Assembly (NCBI GenBank): GCA_951406725.2
Contig: OX597843.1
Location: forward strand, 5,828,001 to 5,892,000
Source of the DNA: Octopus vulgaris
Lineage: Eukaryota
Length of the DNA stretch: 64,000 bases
Direction of reading: 5' to 3'
The position numbers were made by a program, and so were the translations under genes. A model generated the notes under the pieces. The model made no database searches. It saw only the letters and a list, made by a program, of their open reading frames with translations, and was not told the origin of the DNA. Below, piece after piece: positions 1 to 13,592 of the stretch; position 1 is the first letter of the stretch; every line of letters starts with the position of its first letter.

Positions 1-145
1 ATATTCATGTGTGTATTTGGCTGACCAAACTACTATATATCCTTGGGCCAACCAAAGCTTTGTGAGTAGATGGAAACTGAAAGAAGCCCATCGTAAATAT
101 ATATAAATAAATGGAGTTTAACGCAGGTGTAATCCAAATACTTTT

Positions 146-234
146 ACTTCCGACACACGTTTCGAAGATATCACTAATATCATTCCAAAGGAATAAAATG
201 GTGTAAAACAATGTAATCTTCTCTTCAGGGAAGT
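146..234 (-). ncRNA. Type I hammerhead ribozyme (Penelope/retrozyme-type minimal stem III) with extended stem II
   Basis: Minus strand reads ACUUCC-CUGAAGA-GAAGAU...AUCUUC-GAAAC-GUGU-GUC-GGAAGU. All core nucleotides are present, with a 6-bp stem I, 6-bp stem II base, 2-bp stem III and a GUC cleavage triplet. Confidence 0.75.
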
Positions 235-479
235 GGAGAAATGAAACTCATCAATAAGACATTTTAACAGAAAATGATGGATATGTATAGTGATTAACTG
301 AGCACAATATTGTTTGAAAAAACATTATTTATTTATTTATATATTATACAAAAAATTTCCACATGAGCCTGAAGTTTCTACCTTTAAAAACAAGGAGTTA
401 CAACCTCTTTACTTGTGTGAGTTTTTGCAACCCTGGTAACTATTTATCTATTTTTTCCGTGTTAATTGTTAACAAAGGA

Positions 480-852
480 GGCGCAGGAGTGGCTATGCGG
501 TAAGTAGCTTGCTAACCAACCACATGATTCCGGGTTCAGTCCCACTGCATGGCATCTTGGGCAAGTGTCTTCTGCTATAGCCTCGGGCCGACCAAAGCCT
601 TGTGAGTGGATTTGGTAGACGGAAACTGAAAGAAGCCTGTCGTATATATGTATGTGTGTGTCTGTCCCCCTAGCATTGCTTGACAACCGATACTGGTGTG
701 TTTACGTCCCCGTCACTTAGCAGTTCGGCAAAAAGAGACCGATAGAATATGTACTGGGCTTACAAAAGAATAAGTCCCGGGGTCGATTTGCTCAACTAAA
801 GGCGGTGCTCCAGCATGGCCGCAGTCAAATGACTGAAACAAGTAAAAGAGTA
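480..852 (+). mobile_element. tRNA-derived SINE family A, full-length copy
   Basis: A-box TGGCTATGCGG, B-box GGTTCAGTCCC, 'cttgggcaagtgtc' CORE/MIR-like segment, internal (TA/TG) tract and tail 'ctccagcatggccgcagtcaaatgactgaaacaagtaaaagag'. More than 15 copies occur in the window. Confidence 0.85.
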
Positions 853-1070
853 AGGAGAGAGGAGAGTAACCCTGCATAAGCTTGTTACCAGTTCAAATAA
901 TGCTTGAGACGTATCTGGAACCAGAATAAAGCCATTCTCTGTATTTTGTCACAGAGAAAATTTCACACCTGAGACAGACAGGTGTCAATGCATCAAGTGA
1001 ACGGACAGTAATCACTGACCAGACAGTTGGATGCTTGCATTTCAGAGTGATTATCACCTACTTGTACTAG

Positions 1071-3068
1071 ACCTGGTTGAAATAATAGCCAAATGTCCCT
1101 CATTGGCTCATACATACTTAAGACAGTGGGATGTGATTTGAGGGAGATTTTCTACCAGGTCTAGCTACCATGTAGAGGCCTCATACATATATATAAAAGA
1201 TAGTGTGATTTGAGGGAGATTTGGCTGCTATTTCTACCAGGTCTAGCTACCATGTAGAGGCCTCATACATATATATAAAAGATAGGGAGATTTGGCTGCT
1301 ATTTCTACCAGGTCTAGCTACCATGTAGAGGCCTCATACATATATATAAAAGATAGGGACATTTGGCTATGATGACCTGGTTGAAATAAACCAAATGTCT
1401 TTGCTCATAAACTTAAGACAGTGGGTGTGATTTGAGGGAGATTTGGCTGCTATTTCTACCAGGTCTAGCTACCATGTAGAGGCCTCATACATATATATAA
1501 AAGATAGTGTGATTTGAGGGAGATTTGGCTGCTATTTCTACCAGCTCTAGCTACCATGTAGAGGCCTCATACATATATATAAAAGATAGGGAGATTTGGC
1601 TGCTATTTCTACCAGGTCTAGCTACCATGTAGAGGCCTCATACATATATATAAAAGATAGGGACATTTGGCTGCTATTTCTACAAGCTCTAGCTACCATG
1701 TAGAAGTCTCCCTCTTTGGCTCATACATACATAAGACAGTAGGTCGAGATTTGGCTGCTATTTCAACCAGGTCTAGTTACATATAGATGTCTGCCAGGTT
1801 GGCTCATATATATATATACAAGAGACTAGGGCGTGACCTGGTTGAAATAACAGCCAAATGTCCCTCATTGGCTCATACATAAGACAGTGGGGTGTGATTT
1901 GAGGGAGATTTGGCTGCTATTTCTACCAGGTCTAGCTACCATGTAGAGGCCTCATACATATATATAAAAGATAGTGTGATTTGAGGGACATTTGGCTGCT
2001 ATTTCTACCATATAGAGGCCTCAAACATATATATATAAAAGCTAGTGTGATTTGAGGGACATTTGGCTGCTATTTCTACCATATAGAGGTCTCATACATA
2101 TATATAAAAGATAGTGTGATTTGAAGGACATTTGGCTGCTATTTCTACCATATAGAGGCCTCATACATATATATAAAAGATAGTGTGATTTGAAGGACAT
2201 TTGGCTGCTATTTCTACCAGCTCTAGCCACCATGTAGAAGTCTCCCTCTTTGGCTCATAATGTATATAAGACAGTAGGGCGTGATTTGAGGGAGATTTGC
2301 CTGCTATTTCTACCAGGTCTAGTTACATATAGACGTCTGCCGGGTTGGCTCATACATACATATATACAAGACAGTAGGATGTGATTTAAGGGACATTTGG
2401 CTGCTATCTCTACTAGGTCTAGATACCATATAGAGGCCTGTCTGGTTGGCTCATACATACAAGAGAGTAGGGCGTAACCTGGTTGAAATAACAGCCAAAT
2501 ATCCTTCATTGGCTCATACATAAGACAGTGGGGTGTGATTTGAAGGAGATTTGGCTGCTATTTCAACCAGTTCTAGTTACATATAGACGTCTGCCGGGTG
2601 TGATTTGAGGGAGATTTGGCTGCTATCTCTACTAGGTCTAGTTACCATATAGAGGCCTGCCTGGTTGGCTCATACATATATATAATTAATAAATATAAGG
2701 GTAGCAAAAAATTCTCCGCTACCAGCGGTCCAGTGAGAAAGAAAAGATAGTCAAAGACTATATAATATACATTCAAAAATTTGGCTGCTCTTTCTAGTGA
2801 GTCGAATGTCCTATTATGGCCATTCCTTATATTTTTGAATATATATATATATATACAAGAGACTAGGGCGTGATTTGAGGGAGATTTGGCTGCTATTTCT
2901 ACCATATAGTGGCCTCATACATATATATAAAAGATAGTGTGATTTGAGGGACATTTGGCTGCTATTTCTACCAGCTCTAGCTACCATGTAGAAGTCTCCC
3001 TCTTTGGCTCATAACGTATATAGGACAGTAGGGCGTGATTTGAGGGAGATTTGGCTGCTATTTCTACC
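1071..3068. repeat. Complex tandem array of a ~60-110 bp module (gtgtgatttgagggagatttggctgctatttctaccagg...)
   Basis: About 20 recurrences. An inverted array of the same module lies at 7397-7815. Confidence 0.9.
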
Positions 3069-3911
3069 ATGCAGAAGAACCGTCTCTCTCTCTCTGGTGG
3101 TGCAAGCATTGATGGTGATGCTGCCTGCATGCAGGTTGTGCAGCAAGGTAAGGTGCAGAACAGTAGCACATGATGTGCAAGCGGAATGGGAGAGCAGAAG
3201 AATGGCAATTCCGAAAAAATTTTAAAAACCAGAACACCAGCAGCGGACGCTGCAACAGCGGCAGCGGATAGAGATTTGTAGCAGTAGTGGTGGTGGTGCT
3301 ACTACAAGTAGTAGTAGTGGTGGCAGTATAGTGATGGTTGGGGCTGTAGTATGAATAGTAGTAGTAGCAGTATAGTGGTGGTTGAGGCTGTAGTATTAGC
3401 AGTATAGTGATGGTTGGGGCTGTAGTATGAATAGTAGTAGTTGAGGACAGTGGTGGTAGTAGTTTTTGACTTGGCTGCAGCATTGATAGTGGTGGTCATG
3501 GTGTAGGTGCTGCTGGTAGTAGCAATAGTAGTACAAACTGTAGCAGTCGTGGTAGGAGAGGACAGTGAAGGTGGTGGTAGACTGGGGAAGAGAGAGAGAG
3601 AAAGACAGAGTCATAGAGAGAGGGGAGACATTAAGAGAAGCAGGGAGAGGGAGAGACATAGAGAGAAGACAGATGGTAGTGGTAGTGGGGGCAGCAGAGG
3701 GTGATTGGGTGCAGAGAGAGAGAGAGTAGAACTCACATGGGTGGGGCAGTTGTGTGTGAGAATGTGACAAGGGTGGAGAGGGGTAGGAGAGAGAGAGAGA
3801 GACAAGCCGGTGGAGTGGCAGTGGTGGTGGTCGAGGTGGGATTAGGAATCAGCTGTTGTCAGCATGATTGCTGCCCTTTGAAGTGAGTTCAACATACATG
3901 TGTGCACATGG

Positions 3912-3959
<48 letters not shown>

Positions 3960-4423
3960 CTATATTTACACCCACACATAGTATATAATATATGCATATT
4001 GTGTATGTATGTATATGCACATACATATATATACACACACATACAAACCCATACCTATACCACTACTACAAAATCAATGAATGAGATTATGTAAATACTT
4101 GACCTGCTAAGAATAGCAGCCAAATCTTCTTCAAATCACTTCCCACTGTCTCAAAAGAGAAGAAGTGGAGAGCATGCTAAACAATGATTAACTCAGCATC
4201 CCTGCCCCTGGACATGGAGAAAACAAAAGACAGGATGGTTGGTCAAAGCTGGAACGTCTTTGATCGTAGGACTATTGGCTCAGTGTTGACCTGGCCCTTA
4301 ATTACAAAAACAACAAAAATTACTACTGTTGGAATTTGCAAGGAGATTTCTGTAGGGGAACCTGACTGCAAGAAATAGTGCTCAAAGTTGCCTCATATGC
4401 TATACTGGCATCTTTAAATGACA

Positions 4424-4811
4424 CTAGCAGTATAGCCCGGCGTTGCTTGGGCTTGCTTTCTTTTCGACCCTTTAGAATTGGAACTTTTGAAAAGTAAAAA
4501 TTTTGCATTATGTAGCTTGTTATTCTCTTTAGGTGAACATTTTTCTGGTTGAAATACACCGAAAAATGGCGATACAGCAGTAAAAAAATAGGGATTTTCA
4601 TAGAAAAAAAGCACCTTTTCGTTGTAAATAATTTTTGGTGTTAACATGGTCCAATTTGCATTTTTTCTTCTACGGAAGGAAGAGCAAGCCTTCTTCTATC
4701 ATACTCTCAATTTTGGTCAACTTGTGCCGCAGGGTCTCGGAGGAGATAGTGTTAGTTGAAAGCTACCAAACCTGCCACACACAGACAACTGCAGCTTTAT
4801 ATATAGAGAGA
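4424..4811 (-). mobile_element. Non-autonomous Helitron. Same subfamily at 15877-16249(-), 31049-31425(+), 37832-38205(-)
   Basis: 5' TCTCTATATATAAAG, 3' subterminal GC hairpin (cccaagcaacgccggg) and CTAG-T end. Confidence 0.75.
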
Positions 4812-4819
4812 TTTGATAG

Positions 4820-5100
4820 CTGTGTTGACCAGAACCGTCTGACATGTTTCTGCTCAGCCTTTGAGCCTCACGATGGCGCTTGCCTCAGAGGCTCGCACTG
4901 AGCAAAGGTCACAGTGGAGGGCTTTGGCTCAATGCGATGCCATCACTGACGACTGGTATTCACCTTGATAGTGACTCTGCACATCAACATTTCCCTGAGG
5001 CTTGGCTTCCAGATGAGTCACAGCAAATCCACTGTGGATTTTCTCACCTTCCACCCATCATAGTGTTGGCTGACTTCCATGCCATGCTGCCCTTAACAAA
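4820..5100 (+). pseudogene. Possible CRE-like non-LTR retroelement relic
   Basis: HSGGLWLNAMPSLTTGIHLD followed, after a frameshift, by ISLRLG resembles the post-RT region of CRE-type elements (recalled). Confidence 0.35.
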
Positions 5101-5867
5101 ATCATAATTTTTTTTTTCCTGCCTTTCACCCTCCAACGCAGAGTATAGGCCACTTATAGCTGAATTCCATGTCGTATAATTTTTCGCTTCTGTACTTATA
5201 CTCTGCCACGAATGTCCCCCTTTCCCTAGTTCCTTTTGTGTTGATCCCCACCACTCTTTCTATATCCAACCGGTTTCCACTTTAAAGCACTTTTTGCAGG
5301 TGAGCTGCAAGATGCAGGAGGAAAGAGTGAGAGAAAGTTGTGGCGAAAGAGTCAGTAGAAGTTCGCCATTACCTTCTGCTGGAGCCGCGTGGAACTTAGG
5401 TGTTTTCGCTCATAAACACACACATCGCCCGGTCTGAGATTTGAACCTGCGATCCCTTGACTGCGAATCTTATGCTCTAACCACCAGGCCATGTGCCTCC
5501 ACTGAAATTGTAACAGCAGTCAAAAAGGTAACTGCTGGACGTCATGTTGCTGTCACCGGTCATTGTCAGCAGCTGTCCGCATCTGTTCACTGACCATCTG
5601 CGGCATCCCAGAACTCTCTCTCCGTCAACTAATCATGGTGCATGGAATTTATACTGGTTGATAGGCTCAGAAGGAAGCACACCAAACAATGAAGTCCTCG
5701 CTGAAGCCTATTCCATGTAAAACTGTGATTGGTCAGATTTTGTTGATCACATGGGTTATATTCTAGCAAAATTACGATATCCACTGGGGGTCAATTCATT
5801 TCACTACAAAAAAAATTCTTCAAGGCGGTGGGCTTCCAGCATGGCCGCGTAGAACAAGTGGCAAAAA

Positions 5868-6892
5868 CCACCACCAACACAGTGTACTACAACCCTTACC
5901 ACCACCAACACCGTGTACTACAACCCTTACCACCACCAACACCGTGTACTACAACCCTTACCACCACCAACACAGTGTACTACAACCCTTACCACCACCA
6001 ACACAGTGTACTACAACCCTTACCACCACCATCGCCAATACAGTGTACTAAAACCCTTACCACCACCAACACAGTGTACTACAACCCTTACCACCACCAA
6101 TGCAGTGTACTACAACCCTTACCACCACCAATACACTGTACTACAACCCTTACCACCACCAACACAGTGTACTACAACCCTTACCACCACTAACACAGTG
6201 TACTACAACCCTTACCACCACTAACACAGTGTACTACAACCCTTACCACCACCATCGCCAATACAATGTACTACAACCCTTACCACCACCAACATACTGT
6301 ACTACAACCCTTACCACCACCAACACACTGTACTACAACCCTTACCACCACCAACACAGTGTACTACAACCCTTATCACCACCAACACAGTGTACTACAA
6401 CCCTTACCACCACCAACACAGTGTACTACAACATACACTATCCCAACCAACACTGTGTACTACAACCCTTACCACCACCACCGCCGCCAATACAGAGTAC
6501 TACAACCCTTACCACCACCAATACAGAGTACTACAACCCTTACCACCACCAACACAGTGTACTACAACATGCACTATCCCAACCAACACTGTGTACTACA
6601 ACCCTTACCACCACCACCGCCGCCAATACAGAGTACTACAACCCTTACCACCACCAATACAGAGTACTACAACCCTTACCACCACCAACACAGTGTACTA
6701 CAACATACACTATCCCAACCAACACTGTGTACTACAACCCTTACCACCACCACCGCCGCCAATACAGAGTACTACAACCCTTACCACCACCAACACAGTG
6801 TACTACAACCCTTACCACCACCAACACAGTGTACTACAACATACACTATCCCAACCAACACTGCGTACTACAACCCTTACCACCACCGCCAC
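5868..6892. repeat. 31-bp minisatellite (accaccaacacagtgtactacaacccttacc) with higher-order variants
   Basis: Direct periodicity. Explains the ORFs at 5828-7305. Confidence 0.95.
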
Positions 6893-8084
6893 TGCGGAAA
6901 CAGCACTACAGCCGAAGACTTTATCCCCACCAATATCTATATCAACGCCGCCGCCGCCACTACCTATTGCTAACGTCGCCCCACCCCCCCAAAAAAACTG
7001 TCCCCTCCACCACCGTCGCCACTATATACATACATACACATATATATATATATATATATATGCATGTATATACATATCACGCTCGTCGCCGCCGCCACCA
7101 CCGTCATGAGCCAGACCCAAATATGCCAAGAATGGTGGAAACACAGCCACGAGTGCATGCGTACTTGGAAGACCGCCTAAGAGTGCAAAGTCACGCGAAG
7201 ACGTCGTGCGATGTCGTGGCGCAAATGCCTTTCTCTCCGGCGGCGGCGGAGACGACGTTGCTTGCTTGCGCAGCGGTTTCCCCCTTTCGGTCCAATGCCA
7301 TGTGATGTTGTGACCCGCATGGCCTTTTCATCAGGGACCACTGATCGATGCCGAGGAATTCGACCCGGTCACGTGACATCGATGCGTCTCCGACAAGGGA
7401 GACCTCTACGTGGTGCTGGTAGAAATAGCAGCCAAATCTCCCTCGAATCATACCCTACTGTCTTATGTATGTATGAACCAATGAAGGAAACCTCTACAAT
7501 GTAGCTGGACCTGGTAGAAATAGCAGCCAAATTACCCTCGAATCACACCCTACTGTCTTATGTGTGTATGAGATGAGGGAGACCTGTACATGGTAGCGAG
7601 ACATGCTAGAAAGAGTAGCCAAATCTCCCTCCAATCACACCCTACAGCTATATGTGTATGAGACCTCTACATGCTAGAAAGAGTAGCCAAATCTCCCTCA
7701 AATCAAATCCGACCATCTTCTGTATGTACGAGGCAACAACAGATATCTCTACATGGTAGGTAGACCTGGTAGAAATAGCAGCCAAATCTCCCTCACATCA
7801 GACACTCCTCCTGTCTTAAAGAAAGGAAACGGTACAGGATGGGGTCGTTGGATCACTACCCCAAGGGAAAATGACAGACTGGGCATGAATACAACATATG
7901 GATGACCAGGGTGAAACACTACACCCCCAACTGCATAATTGTGTCATATCACTGCACCTTGGCCTACTGCAGTAGTTTATTTCAGCACAAAGAGGAATGG
8001 TAGAATGTGTGTCTGTGTGTAAATATACATACACACACGTATACATATATGTGCGTGTAAATATACATACATATATATAAAAGC

Positions 8085-9575
8085 ACATACACAAAATGTA
8101 CACACACATATATATATACATACACAAAATGTACACACACATATATATATACATACACAAAATGTACACACACATATATATATACATACACAAAATGTAC
8201 ACACACATATATATATACATACACAAAATGTACACACACATATACACACACATATACACATACACGTACACACACATACATATGTATATATACACATACA
8301 CAAAATGTACACTCACATATATATATACATACATATGTATATATACACATACACAAAATGTACACACACATACACAAAATGTACACACACATATGTATAT
8401 ATACACATACACAAAATGTACACACACATACATATGTATATATACACATACACAAAATGTACACACACATATATATATACATACACAAAATGTACACACA
8501 CATATATATATACATACACAAAATGTACACACACATATATATATATACATACACAAAATGTACACACACATATATATATACATACACAAAATGTACACAC
8601 ACATATATATATACATACACAAAATGTACACACACATATATATATACATACACAAAATGTACACACACATATATATATATATACATACACAAAATGTACA
8701 CACACATATATATATACATACACAAAATGTACACACACATATATATATACATACACAAAATGTACACACACATATATATATACATACACAAAATGTACAC
8801 ACACATATATATATACATACACAAAATGTACACACACATATATATATATACATACACAAAATGTACACACACATATATATATACATACACAAAATGTACA
8901 CACACATATATATATACATACACAAAATGTACACACACATATATATATACATACACAAAATGTACACACACATATATATATATACATACACAAAATGTAC
9001 ACACACATATATATATACATACACAAAATGTACACACACATATATATATACATACACAAAATGTACACACACATATATATATACATACACAAAATGTACA
9101 CACACATATATATATACATACACAAAATGTACACACACATATATATATATACATACACAAAATGTACACACACATATATATATACATACACAAAATGTAC
9201 ACACACATATATATATACATACACAAAATGTACACACACATATACACATACACACACATATACACATACACGTACACACACATACATATGTATATATACA
9301 CATACACAAAATGTACACTCACATATATATATACATACATATGTATATATACACATACACAAAATGTACACTCACATATATATATACATACATATGTATA
9401 TATACACATACACAAAATGTACACACACATACACAAAATGTACACACACATATGTATATATACACATACACAAAATGTACACACACATATATATATATAT
9501 ACATACACAAAATGTACACACACATATATATATACATACACAAAATGTACACACACATATATATATACATACACA
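8085..9575. repeat. 33(-37)-bp minisatellite (catacacaaaatgtacacacacatatatatata)
   Basis: Period 33 (8091 to 8124). Explains the 350-550 aa ORFs on both strands. Confidence 0.95.
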
Positions 9576-11329
9576 TATATATAGATATATATACAGACTT
9601 TCGATAACGGTGTCAAGGAGGAGAGAAACAACAAGAAAAGAAGAAGACCAAAAGGAGAAAAAATAATGATAAGAAATATAAAAAAGGAAAAAAAAGAGGA
9701 GGAGAAGTAAGAGGAGGAATAAGGAGAAGGCGGAGAGATCAGGAATCAGAAATGTTATTATTATTATTATTATTATTTCTTGAGTGTGTGCATTGATCGA
9801 CTGGAATTGATTGAACGGTGAAACTGGAGCAGCAGACACAGCCCAATATATCATGTGTGTATATATATACACACACGTACATACATACATCATCGTTTAG
9901 CATCCGCTTTCCATGCTAGCATGGGTTGGACAGTTCAAACCATACATATCGGTCTCTTTTACCGAACCACTAAGTTACGGGGACGTAAACACACCAGCAT
10001 CGGTTGTGAAGCGATGTTGGGGGGACAAACACATACATATATATGACGGGCTTCTTTCAGTTTCCTTCTACCAAATCCACTCACAAGGCTTTGGTCGGCC
10101 CGAGGTTATAGTAGAAGACACTTGCACAAGGTGCCACGCAGTGGGACTGAACCCGGAACCATGTGGTTCGTAAGCAAGCTACTTACCACACAGCCATTCC
10201 TACTAAGAAACCATAAAATAATTTTTTTATTTTTCAAACTGAAGCAAAACTAACAATAAAATGGAAAACTGATTATTTTTGTATGTTTCCATTTTATATT
10301 TGTAAAAATATACTCCAACATTTTTTTTTAATTGCAGAACCTTTGATCCAATCGTCATAATTAATCTTATATTACACACGTGCTTAACAGAGATAAGGTA
10401 TCCATTCTCTCGTGTTGCATAGCTGTTCTGATGGGATATTTTTAACATGGAGCAAAGAGCACCATATGAGTGTAATCATTGACAGAGCGGCTAACCGGCT
10501 TCCGTGCCAGTGGCACCATTCGAGTGCGATCATTACCAGCGTCGCCTTACTGGCACTTGTGCCTGTGCTAGTAGGGTGCCAAGAGCACTATCCGTACCAG
10601 TGGCATGTGTAAAAAGATTTGAGTGTGGCTGTTGCCAGTACCGCCTGACTGGCCCCCGTGCCGGTGGCATGTAAAAAGCACCCACTACACTCGGAGTGGT
10701 TGGCATTAGGAAGGGCATCCAGCTGTAGAAACTCTGCCAGATCAAGATTGGAGCCTGGTGCAGCCATCTGGTTCACCAGTCCTCAGTCAAACAATGTCAG
10801 CATGGAAAGCGGACATAAAATAATGATGACGATCTTTGATCCAATTGTCATAATTAATCTTATATTACACACATGCTTCTGTACTTAGAGATAAGGTATC
10901 CATTCTCTCTTGTTGCATAGCTGTTCTGATGGGATATTTTTAATATATATATGTGTACTTTTAAAGGCGCAGGAGTGGCTGTATGGTAAGTAGCTTGCTT
11001 ACCAACCACCTGGTTCCGGGTTCAGTCCCACTGCGTGGCACCTAGGGCAAGTGTCTTCTACTATAGCCTCAGGAAACCAAAGCCTTGTGAGTGGATTTGG
11101 TAGACGGAAACTGAGAGAAGCCCATCATATATATACATGTATATATCATCATCATTTAACATCCGCTTTCCATGCATGGGTTGGACGATTTGACTGAGGA
11201 CTGGTGAACCAGGCTCCAATCTGATTTTGCAGAGTTTCTACAGCTGGATGCTCTGCCTAATACCAACCACTCTGAGTGTAGTGGGTGCTTTTACGTGCCA
11301 GTCATCGAATTTGATGACTGGAAATCGAA

Positions 11330-11827
11330 ATATATATATATAAAACTGTAGTTGTGTGAGTGTCTGTCCCCTTCGATTTAGATTCCTAACTCCTCCCACA
11401 TTTTGCGGTGCAGTTTAACCAAATTCGGGTATCTTATAGTCGTGATTCATATCGAGCCCGTCTGAGTATTAGCGCGCGTCTACGATTTTAAAAATAATTT
11501 AACATCATTTTTTATTCCATTTTAATGCATAATTTTTCGTGTGTCGATGGTGGCGGAGTTGGCGTCCACGCTCAAACACCTGCACCTGTGTTTGCTTCTT
11601 CCCCCCTCGTGAAGCTGTGGGGAAGGGAGTGTAAGGAAATCAACGTCGTAAAGCGTTGTCAAGGAGACCAGCGTTCTTTTAGAACAACGACTTCATGGCT
11701 TGAAGACACCAAAACAGAAATGGCTAAGAAAGCCCGAATTGGCATCTATAAGGGAAGTAACTCTCTAAAAATGCTTATATAGTTATTTCCCTTACAAACC
11801 CAAGCAACGCCGGGCGATACTGCTAGT
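11330..11827 (+). mobile_element. Non-autonomous Helitron. Relative at 46631-47220 has an internal ~90-bp tandem array
   Basis: Ends 'gcaacgccgggcgatactgctagt'. The 5' part is shared with 46640-46800. Confidence 0.75.
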
Positions 11828-12303
11828 AGGTTATAAGAGATAATGGTGTCATTGAGACCCAAAGGTGTCAGGTAATGCTGATTAAGTGCTATAGACTGAC
11901 CATAGTTAAGGTCCAGATTCGGTAATTTTGCGAATAAAGGGTTCAACGCTGGTTCTATGTCAGCGTGTGTATATAAGAATTTTTTGAAACAGGTAAAAGA
12001 TATATATATACACACACACATAGACACGTTCGGTTCCTCTGCCACTGGAAGCAAAGCTAATTAAATCTTGAAGACATACTGACCCAAATATATAAATACA
12101 CACACAACATATGGAGATAACCTGATACGAGAGAGAGAGAGACTTTGGATGTAGACACCCACTGGGCCATACGTGTACGCACAGACATACAACCACATGT
12201 ACACACTTATGGAGCCTGAGTGTATACATCGAAGTTGTGTATATACATGTGTGTATAAGGTTTGTTTTATGTTCAATTATAATAAAAACTATTTCATATT
12301 ATG

Positions 12304-12690
12304 TATTTCTTTACTACACACAAGGGGCTAAACATAGAGGGGACAAACAAAGGGAGTAAGTCGATTACATCGACCCCAGTACGTAACTGGTACTTTATTG
12401 TATCGACCCCCGAAAGAATGAAAGGCAAAGTCGACCTCGGCGGAATTTGAACTCAGAACGTAACGGTAGATGAAATACCTATTTCTTTACTACCCACAAG
12501 GGGCTAAACACAGAGAGGACAAACAAAGGGATTAAGTCGATTACATCGACCCAGTGCGTAACTGGTACTTTATTTATCGACCCCGAAAGGATGAAAGGCA
12601 AAGTCGACCTCGGCGGAATTTGAACTCAGAACGTGGTGGCAGACAAAATACAGTTAAGCATTTCGCCTGGCGTGCTAACGCATCTGCCAT
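12304..12690 (-). mobile_element. SINE family C (Deu/Nin-domain-like), two tandem 3' parts. Others at ~18105-18260, 18820-19170, 32572-32815, 57050-57200, 59108-59338
   Basis: 'gagttcaaattccgccgaggtcgactttgcctttcatcctttcggggtcgataaataaagtacc' recurs across copies. Confidence 0.75.
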
Positions 12691-13592
12691 ATTATGGTGA
12701 TGGAGTACTCAATACGAGTAGTCGTTCCCAGCCCTTTTAATTAGATGAGTCTTCACAGACCCCTTTTAATATGCTCATCATTATGTATATATATATTGGG
12801 TTATCAATGGAAATAGTAGTTGTGATGCCTGTGCCGGTGGCACATAAAAAGCACTATCCGAACGTGGCCGATGCCAGCGCCGCCCCGACTGGCTTCTGTA
12901 CCGGTGGCACATAAAAATACCATCTGAACGTTGCCAGCCCCGCCTTGGCTGGCACGTTAAAAGCTCCAACTGATCGTGACCGATGCCGGACCCCCCCCCC
13001 TGGCACCTGTGCAGGTGGCACGTAAAAAGCACCCACTACACTCACGGAGTGTTTGTTGTTAGGAAGGGCATCCAGCCGTAGAAACTCAGATCAGACTGCC
13101 AGATCAGACTGGAGCATCCCCTGGCTTCCCAGACCCCGGTCGAACCATCCAACCCGTGCTAGCGCGGAAAACGGATGTTAAACGATGATGATTGTCCAGA
13201 AAGTTTGAAAGTGTTTACTTACAAAAAATTATTTTTTAAATCCGTACATGAAAAGGTAAAGATCTGATGTTCCTAGCCCTGATCATCCCATGGCCCTTTG
13301 TGTCGTAGCCAATCGATGTTTTATCCATCTTGTGGTAGCCCACATCTCGCAATGATATTCCTAGCATGGGGTGTGTGTTTGTTTGTGTCTACTTGTTTTG
13401 ACATTGTATCAGAGATAAAAATCAATGCCACCATCATATGAGCAGGGGGAAATATTAGCTTGCTCAGAAACTGGTGACAGGAAGAGCGTCCGGGCATACA
13501 AAATCTGCTCAGTAAAACTCCATCTGAGTCATGTAAGCAGGGAAAAGTAAATGTTAAAATTATAAAGTTCATGATATATTTATATATATTAC

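Noticed and set aside
480-560. tRNA genes at SINE heads
   Set aside because: A/B boxes are present but there is no complete cloverleaf or terminator, and each continues into a SINE body.
1071-3068. CRISPR-like array of regularly recurring repeats (also 47555-48515)
   Set aside because: The intervening sequences are themselves repeated rather than unique spacers, there are no cas genes, and the context is eukaryotic.
2255-3208. LVEIAAK peptides as the next exon of the 20176 gene
   Set aside because: They derive from the tandem repeat module and are not followed by a P-loop motif.
5828-7305. Long Thr/Pro/His-rich ORFs that look mucin- or extensin-like
   Set aside because: They are open in all three frames because of a stop-free 31-bp minisatellite whose unit is not a multiple of 3, and there is no splice or start context.
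7270-7345. CTGATGA...GAAA on the minus strand as a hammerhead
   Set aside because: No closing stem II, stem III or stem I pairing.
7816-9893. 350-550 aa ORFs on both strands
   Set aside because: They are translations of the 33-bp CA/TA minisatellite.
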